IMG/VR virus record: IMGVR_UViG_3300032132_000439
Location: 375 to 64,374 of that record
Source: a virus
Taxonomy: Duplodnaviria; Caudoviricetes
Strand: one strand, 5' to 3'
DNA length: 64,000 bases
This document shows positions 57,762-64,000 of this stretch, piece after piece. The notes under the pieces were generated by a model. It ran no database searches. It had not been told where the DNA came from and worked only from the letters and a program-made list of their open reading frames with translations. Position numbers and translations under genes: made by a program. Numbering within the stretch: the stretch's first letter is position 1; the number at the start of each line of letters is the position of its first letter.

Positions 57762-58016
57762 ATGGGTATCGGTAGTTTAATAATCTTTCTTATAATCGGC
57801 GCGCTTTCGGGTTGGCTCGCTGGCAAGATCGTCAAAGGCTTTGGCTTTGGATTGGTCGGGAACGTAGTTGTGGGCATACTGGGAGCCGTAGTTGCCGGGT
57901 ACCTGCTGCCTGCTATCGGATTTGGTGTTGGCACAGGGTTTATCGGCTCCATCATAAGCGGCACAATTGGCGCGGTCGTTCTCCTGTTCGCAATCAAAAT
58001 AGTTAAACAACTTTAG
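57762..58016 (+). CDS. GlsB/YeaQ/YmgE transglycosylase-associated membrane protein
   Basis: IG...GWLA..I, G..G..VVG..GA, IGAV.LL. Confidence 0.92.
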   Translation: MGIGSLIIFLIIGALSGWLAGKIVKGFGFGLVGNVVVGILGAVVAGYLLPAIGFGVGTGFIGSIISGTIGAVVLLFAIKIVKQL

Positions 58017-58038
58017 TTACTAAGCAAAGGAGCTAGAC

Positions 58039-58209
58039 ATGGAACGCAAAATCAACGTCACCCAACACGGCGGAACTGGCATGCTTTGGTTTGTCGGTTG
58101 GCTTTTCACAATCGGGTTTCTTCAGCTCGGTTTCTGGAAAGGCCTTCTTGGCCTGCTCGTTTGGCCATTCTTTTTGGGCGCACATTTCGCACCGATTGCG
58201 GGCATATAG
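58039..58209 (+). CDS. Small membrane protein (not in ORF track)
   Basis: AAGGAG RBS; WF.GWLFTIGFL.L.FWKG...WP..LG. Confidence 0.7.
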   Translation: MERKINVTQHGGTGMLWFVGWLFTIGFLQLGFWKGLLGLLVWPFFLGAHFAPIAGI

Positions 58210-58325
58210 TAGCCCGCCAAGCAAAAATGTAGAATTGATTTGGATTAGTTCAAATAATCGACAATTTGCGCTTCAATTAAGCAAACTCCCCGTCTATGCT
58301 TTTATGCATATGATGGGGAAAATTG

Positions 58326-58937
58326 ATGAAAAAGATTCTAGTGCTTTTAGCGCACCCTGCGCCGCGCCATTCCGTTACTAACGGGCAGCTGTCGACAGTT
58401 GCACAAAGCATAGATGGGGTCACATTTGTTGACCTGTACAAAGATTACCCTCGTTTCAAAATCAACATAGAAGCTGAACAAGCTCGGCTTGAAGAGCATG
58501 ATATTATTCTCTTTCAGTTCCCTTTGATGTGGTATTCAACACCTTCCCTATTGAAAGAATGGCAAGACTTGGTCTTGGAATATGGCTACGCGTATGGCGA
58601 AGGTGGCACAGCCCTAAAGGGCAAGTTTTTGTTGCCAGTCGTATCCGCAGGCGGCCCAGAAAACGCATATGATGCAGATGGCTACAATAACTTTGATCTG
58701 CGCACGTTTCTGACGCCGTTGGAGCAGACTGCGGACCTTTGTCATATGACCTACATTTCTCCTTATGCGATCTACGCATCTCTTCGAGCAATCAAAGACG
58801 GGCGACTGGATCTGCACACTAGCCAGTATAAAGCACTGCTCTGTGCGCTGCGTGATGACAAGTTTGATTACAAGCAAGCCGCAAAACTCGACATTCTAAC
58901 TTGCGAAAACCTACCGCTTAAACAAGGAGCAAAATAA
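58326..58937 (+). CDS. kefG: KefF/KefG-type NAD(P)H oxidoreductase
   Basis: AHP, QFP..WYS.P.LLKEW.D.VL..G.AYG. Confidence 0.85.
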   Translation: MKKILVLLAHPAPRHSVTNGQLSTVAQSIDGVTFVDLYKDYPRFKINIEAEQARLEEHDIILFQFPLMWYSTPSLLKEWQDLVLEYGYAYGEGGTALKGKFLLPVVSAGGPENAYDADGYNNFDLRTFLTPLEQTADLCHMTYISPYAIYASLRAIKDGRLDLHTSQYKALLCALRDDKFDYKQAAKLDILTCENLPLKQGAK

Positions 58938-60841
58938 TGACCGGCTTTCTGTTTCAAGCTTTCGTGTATCTCTGCGCAGCTGTAATTGCGGTGCCAATTG
59001 CCAAACGCCTTGGTCTGGGTTCAGTGCTAGGATATTTGATCGCCGGCATCGTCATTGGTCCAGTTATCGGCCTCGTTGGCTCTGAAACTCAAGACATCCA
59101 GCACTTCGCCGAATTCGGCGTTGTCATGATGCTGTTTTTGGTTGGTTTGGAACTAGAACCAAAAGCGCTTTGGGCAATGCGCCATAAGTTGCTTGGCCTT
59201 GGCGGGCTACAAGTCGGCCTGACTGCGGGCATAATCGCTGCGATCGCGTATGCGTTGGGCGTAAATGTCCAAAGCTCTATTGCAGTTGGCCTAGTGTTTT
59301 CACTATCATCTACGGCAATCGTTTTGCAAACGTTGAACGAAAAAGGCTTGATGAAATCTGATGGTGGCCAATCAAGCTTTTCGGTGCTGTTGTTCCAAGA
59401 TATTGCTGTGATCCCAATGCTCGCACTCATTCCATTGTTGGCAGTGCAAGAATTGGTAGATCACCTACATCATGATGAACATGGCGGCGGCCATGGCGCG
59501 GAACTCAGTTTGGTTGATGGCCTTGCAGGTTGGCAGGTGGCTGGTGTGACAATGCTCGCTGTTGCGGTTGTGATCGTTGGCGGACACTATTTGTCTCGTC
59601 CCCTATTCCGCTTCATTGCTGGTGCTAAACTCAGAGAAGTTTTCACCGCTGCAGCTTTGCTTCTTGTCATCGGGATAGCACTTCTCATGTCGCTTGTCGG
59701 CTTGTCGCCAGCACTTGGAACATTTTTGGCAGGTGTGGTGCTTGCGAACTCAGAATTCCGTCACGAACTTGAAAGCGACATCGATCCGTTCAAAGGTCTA
59801 TTGCTTGGCTTGTTCTTCATTACGGTCGGAGCTGGTATCAACTTTGGCTATTTGCAAGACAATCTAGCGACCGTTTTCGGGCTAACTTTCGGTTTGATGT
59901 TGCTTAAAGCACTCGTTCTTTTGGGACTTGCCTTCATATTCAAATTGAAGGGGACCGACCGTTGGTTGTTTACTTTGAGTTTGGCGCAGGCAGGTGAGTT
60001 TGGCTTCGTCTTGCTCTCGTTCACGGTACAAAATGGCGTTATTTCGGGTGAGCTATCTCAACTTCTGCTATTAGTTGTTGCGCTCTCCATGTTGCTCACA
60101 CCTCTTCTGTTTATCCTTTACGATAAAGTGATTGTGCCAAAACTCACTGGCGATCGCTCGCGTGAAGAAGACGAAATCACAGAGCAAGGCACCGTAATCA
60201 TTGCAGGCACAGGCCGATTTGGACAAATCATCAATCGCTTGCTTTTAGGCAATGGATTTCAGACGGTCGTTTTGGACCTGAGCGCCGAAATGGTGGACCG
60301 ACTTGGCAAATTCGGAGTGCGCAGCTTTTACGGAGACGCATCTCGGCCAGATCTTTTGCATGCTGCAGGTCTACACGATGCGAAGATGATTGTTGTGGCG
60401 ATTGATGACCCTGATCGTGCTGCGGAAATTGTTCAACACGCCCGTCACGAACGCCCCGACATCCACATTGTGGCACGTGCACGTGATCGTACCGAAGTTT
60501 ATCGATTGTATCGAGCAGGTGCTAACGACATTATTCGAGAGACTTTCGACAGCTCTGTACGCGCGGGTCGGTCTGCCTTAGAAGGTCTCGGTATACACCC
60601 CTACGAAGCAGAAAAGATAGTCACAGCATTTACAGCGATGGACCTCAAAGGCATTCGCAAACTTGCGGACGCATATGACCCTGATACACCGGCGCATGAG
60701 AACGCTGAGTACATTCGCTTAGCACATGAGGTCGCTGCTGAGATGGACGAAGCTATGATGGGGTCGCGAGGCGCCCATAAAGGTTCAGTGGATCGTGCTT
60801 GGATGCCGCCGGGCAAACGTCCTGATTCTATTGATGAATAG
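58937..60841 (+). CDS. kefC: Glutathione-gated K+ efflux antiporter KefB/KefC (CPA2)
   Basis: LSSTA, LFQD, RHELE.DI.PFKGLLLGLFF, KTN domain G.GRFG. Confidence 0.93.
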   Translation: MTGFLFQAFVYLCAAVIAVPIAKRLGLGSVLGYLIAGIVIGPVIGLVGSETQDIQHFAEFGVVMMLFLVGLELEPKALWAMRHKLLGLGGLQVGLTAGIIAAIAYALGVNVQSSIAVGLVFSLSSTAIVLQTLNEKGLMKSDGGQSSFSVLLFQDIAVIPMLALIPLLAVQELVDHLHHDEHGGGHGAELSLVDGLAGWQVAGVTMLAVAVVIVGGHYLSRPLFRFIAGAKLREVFTAAALLLVIGIALLMSLVGLSPALGTFLAGVVLANSEFRHELESDIDPFKGLLLGLFFITVGAGINFGYLQDNLATVFGLTFGLMLLKALVLLGLAFIFKLKGTDRWLFTLSLAQAGEFGFVLLSFTVQNGVISGELSQLLLLVVALSMLLTPLLFILYDKVIVPKLTGDRSREEDEITEQGTVIIAGTGRFGQIINRLLLGNGFQTVVLDLSAEMVDRLGKFGVRSFYGDASRPDLLHAAGLHDAKMIVVAIDDPDRAAEIVQHARHERPDIHIVARARDRTEVYRLYRAGANDIIRETFDSSVRAGRSALEGLGIHPYEAEKIVTAFTAMDLKGIRKLADAYDPDTPAHENAEYIRLAHEVAAEMDEAMMGSRGAHKGSVDRAWMPPGKRPDSIDE

Positions 60842-61187
60842 TAGAAAGTTCGAAATTAGCAATATTGCGAACTAAAGCGTACTATGTGACTGCAACAATA
60901 TAGCCCAAGTGTACTAGTACAGTTGTTCGTCAAAATGACTGCAATCGATTACATTTGCAGAATTGCTTACAATTTGTGCAACACTGACTAGACCTAATTG
61001 CAATAATCCGTATCTTAGAATGCTTATTGGAAACGTAATTGTTAAGTGCGTTTGGAAGCAAAACTGCGACTGGTTTTCGAGGTGGAACTGAGTTTCACCA
61101 CGAAGGATTAAACCAGTTGGCCTAAGTATACTATGACAATTGGCCTCGGTTTCGCGCCCTATAGACTTTGAGGAATGGGTAACTGCG

Positions 61188-61577
61188 ATGAGTGAAGTAA
61201 ATTCAAAACTAGAAGACGGTAATTCAATCACAGGAACACTCACAGCTGGTTTGTCAGCGAGTAGCATGCTCAGCGTTGGTCAACGCAAACGCACAACACA
61301 TTTTCCAGAATCTCCGAACCTAATTGCCTTCGCCCGTCGCCTAAAAACGGTAACACGTCGTGAATTCGAAGTGTTTGAGCAAGTAATGGAAGGCCTCACT
61401 GCACTACAAATTGGTGAGCGTTTAGGCATTAGCCCTCGAACTGTTGATGTTCACAAAGCTCGTTTCATTCAAAAGGTTCAAGTCGATAACATGGTTGTCG
61501 CAGCGCGCTATTTCACTTGCCTTGAGACTTTGACTGAACTCAACGCAGACATGATTTCAGAAGCTACAGCGCTCTAA
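61188..61577 (+). CDS. LuxR-type HTH regulator
   Basis: T.RE.EV.....G.....I...LGIS.RTV..H. Confidence 0.85.
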   Translation: MSEVNSKLEDGNSITGTLTAGLSASSMLSVGQRKRTTHFPESPNLIAFARRLKTVTRREFEVFEQVMEGLTALQIGERLGISPRTVDVHKARFIQKVQVDNMVVAARYFTCLETLTELNADMISEATAL

Positions 61578-62039
61578 TTAGTCTTTGTTCATTCTTGGGT
61601 GGAGAACCTGATCGCCAGCTTTCAGGCCGATTTTGACAGAAATCCCACCTGCAATTTCAAACACAAATCGAACTTTTCCAGCTGAGGGGATTGGTGTGGG
61701 ATCGCGCGGCTTGGCATTCACGTGAATGTTAGCGATTTTGCCATTTTCAGCAATAAATATCATATCTAGCGGGATAAGTGTGTTTCGCATCCAAAACGAA
61801 ACTTCTCTTTCATCGCCGAAATCAAACAGCATGCCTTTGTCGTCAGCAAGTTCTGTGCGGAACATTAGGCCTTGAGCACGCTCTTCTGCGGTATCTGCAA
61901 TTTCAATCGTGAAGCTATGTGCGCCTGTCGAGCTATTGAGCGTTAAACTGTTTTCTCCAGCAAAACAGGCAGAGAGCATGAAGAACAAGCACACAGCAAC
62001 AAGCGAGCGCAACGAAGATCGAAGTGAAGTTGTGATCAT
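61578..62039 (-). CDS. DUF192 protein
   Basis: GLMFR, GMLF, FWM.NT.IPLDM.F. Confidence 0.93.
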   Translation of the reverse strand: MITTSLRSSLRSLVAVCLFFMLSACFAGENSLTLNSSTGAHSFTIEIADTAEERAQGLMFRTELADDKGMLFDFGDEREVSFWMRNTLIPLDMIFIAENGKIANIHVNAKPRDPTPIPSAGKVRFVFEIAGGISVKIGLKAGDQVLHPRMNKD

Positions 62040-62049
62040 AGGTAGATAT

Positions 62050-62667
62050 TTAGTGCGATGAAGGAGCGTCGCCCCAACCGTCTGGACGTATCTCTGCGAC
62101 CATCAGACCTTTAGGTCCGTCACCATAGCGCGCCAATACAAACTGTCCCGGACGAAGCTCAGCAAGCCCAAAACGGCGCAAAGTTTCCATATGGATGAAA
62201 ATGTCAGGATGGCCCTCACCTGCAGAAAGAAACCCAAAACCACGTAGTCGATTAAACCACTTCACTTCTAGGCGTTCCAGCTGTGACGAAGGCTCTACAA
62301 CCACATGGGTTTTTGCCGGCGCCAACTGAGAAGGATGTTTCGCGGTTGAATCATCCATAGAAAGAATTCTAAATGCCTGCAAACCGCCTGGACGGTCCAG
62401 AGCTTCAACGACTATTCGGGAACCTTCGTAAGCGGTCTTAAAACCATCGCGACGCAAACAGGTTACATGAACCAAGACATCTGGCATGCCATTGTCCGGA
62501 ACGATAAAGCCGAAGCCTTTCGCAACGTCAAACCACTTTATAGAGCCTGAGATCTCAATGACATCCACTGAAGGATCATTTAGAATTTCAGCGGTGTTGT
62601 CCGTTGTTGAAGTACTACCCTCGAACTCAACATCACCCTCTACATCGGCTGTAATCTTGGCCCCCAT
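62050..62667 (-). CDS. Cold-shock protein with two CSD domains
   Basis: Two KWF...GFGF motifs. Confidence 0.93.
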   Translation of the reverse strand: MGAKITADVEGDVEFEGSTSTTDNTAEILNDPSVDVIEISGSIKWFDVAKGFGFIVPDNGMPDVLVHVTCLRRDGFKTAYEGSRIVVEALDRPGGLQAFRILSMDDSTAKHPSQLAPAKTHVVVEPSSQLERLEVKWFNRLRGFGFLSAGEGHPDIFIHMETLRRFGLAELRPGQFVLARYGDGPKGLMVAEIRPDGWGDAPSSH

Positions 62668-62939
62668 AATCGCCTTGTCCTCTTGTCTGCCCACTCCACC
62701 ACAAGCAGGGTACACTTACTAATCTCCGATTTTGTCCGATTCAGGTTGATTTGTTAAGTAAATAATTAACGATCATTAACCATTTCCAGAACTGTACCCG
62801 GTTTTTATTTGAGGATTGAACAAAAACACCGCAACTTCAAAGGGATATAAGGCATAACTTATACACATTCAAACAACTGTGATTGTTGCGTTTTTTCAAC
62901 CAATCATGAATGGTTGGACCTGTTAGCGAAGGAATCAGC

Positions 62940-63359
62940 ATGAAATACTTACACACAATGGTCCGCGTGACGGACATAGATGAAAGCCTAAAGTTTTATT
63001 GCGAAGGCCTTGGTCTTAAAGAGAACAAACGGATTGAGAACGACAAAGGTCGTTTCACATTAATATTTTTGTCAGCGCCCGGCGATGAAGCGGCTCAAGT
63101 TGAGTTGACCTACAACTGGGATGGCAACGAGCAATACACAGAAGGTCGCAGTTTTGGCCACCTCGCCTATCGCGTCCAAGACATTTATGCGACGTGTCAG
63201 CACCTAATGGATATGGGATACACGATATCTCGTCCTCCACGCGACGGGCACATGGCTTTTGTTCGTTCACCAGACAATATTTCTATTGAATTGATACAGG
63301 ACGGTGATCTAGAGCCAATCGAACCTTGGATTTCCATGGAAAACATCGGCGCTTGGTAA
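62940..63359 (+). CDS. gloA: Lactoylglutathione lyase (glyoxalase I, VOC)
   Basis: LHTM.RV, ELTYNW, FGHLA, PD...IEL. Confidence 0.9.
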   Translation: MKYLHTMVRVTDIDESLKFYCEGLGLKENKRIENDKGRFTLIFLSAPGDEAAQVELTYNWDGNEQYTEGRSFGHLAYRVQDIYATCQHLMDMGYTISRPPRDGHMAFVRSPDNISIELIQDGDLEPIEPWISMENIGAW

Positions 63360-63466
63360 ATCAAGATTTCGTACAAAAGATAAAATCTTAACTATCCTTA
63401 TTGACCGGCGATTAGTCATCGCCGGTTATTCTTTGAGTTGATCATACAGTGCTCAAAGGCCAAGCG

Positions 63467-63916
63467 ATGCGTATATTTATCGCCCTTCTTATCAGTTTAT
63501 CTTTTCTGGCCGGTTGCGCCTCAATGGGCGGTTTTTCCGGCGGCAAAAGCTATAAGAAAAAATATGGTCTTTATGTTGAGCATTCCAAAGTTCAAACGTT
63601 CTGCCTATTGCCTAAGCTGCGTTACGTGATTTGGAAAGCTGAGATGCGCTTTGGCAAGAAAGCCATCGTAACTTCTGGCTACAGAAATCCATTTCATAAT
63701 TGGAAAGTTGGTGGAGCTTGGGGCTCTTACCACCAAAAATGCATGGCTGCAGATATCTTCATGCCTGGTGTCTCTAAGTCCAAACTCATTGCTTTCATGA
63801 AAAAACGTGGCGAAATTGGTGGCATGGGCTGTTATCCGGGCCGCAAGTTCATTCACATCGATATTCGCAAACGCCCTAGCGGTTACCGTCGCCCCGTTTT
63901 GTTCAAAGGTTGCTAA
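63467..63916 (+). CDS. YcbK/peptidase M15-family lipoprotein
   Basis: Lipobox LAGC, SGYR, S.H....AAD, HID. Confidence 0.85.
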   Translation: MRIFIALLISLSFLAGCASMGGFSGGKSYKKKYGLYVEHSKVQTFCLLPKLRYVIWKAEMRFGKKAIVTSGYRNPFHNWKVGGAWGSYHQKCMAADIFMPGVSKSKLIAFMKKRGEIGGMGCYPGRKFIHIDIRKRPSGYRRPVLFKGC

Positions 63917-64000
63917 CCCATTCGGTGCCATGTGCGTTGAAAAATCAGCTTTTTTTGAAATTTTTGAAAAAAAATGAAATTGCCTCTTGCGTCTTTCTTC

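Noticed and set aside
58326-63916. Novel system among kef, DUF192, csp, gloA, M15 genes
   Set aside because: Ordinary alphaproteobacterial housekeeping genes in familiar order

Overview
Positions 1 to ~54,354 are most of an apparently intact temperate prophage in an alphaproteobacterial (Hyphomicrobiales-like) chromosome. It has a lambda-type head and terminase, a Mu-type contractile tail and baseplate, a modular set of small fibre genes, lysis genes, a prim-pol/helicase/Sak4/Cas4-like replication module, a repressor and a tyrosine integrase. Its right end is a displaced 3' fragment of tRNA-Arg(UCU) at 54305-54354; the left end lies outside the window. An accessory stretch follows (DUF2971-like, HxlR, carbonic anhydrase, MazG-like, KefF/KefC), then core host genes (DUF192, double-CSD cold-shock protein, glyoxalase, M15 peptidase). 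The most striking signals are non-coding. (1) A start-associated motif, CAACTTGGAG, occurs 10 times, always just before a phage start codon. (2) Seven hairpins share the loop CUGG(C/U)A on otherwise largely unrelated, co-varying stems, most lying just upstream of that motif. (3) About 13 dispersed 15-bp operator-like sites occur at phage promoters. (4) The CI-like repressor seems to have lost its self-cleavage residues, and a tiny LexA-box-controlled gene is a candidate antirepressor. (5) Promoter-leader-terminator units are repeated inside the late region. All family calls come from motif recognition by eye; no database searches were run.
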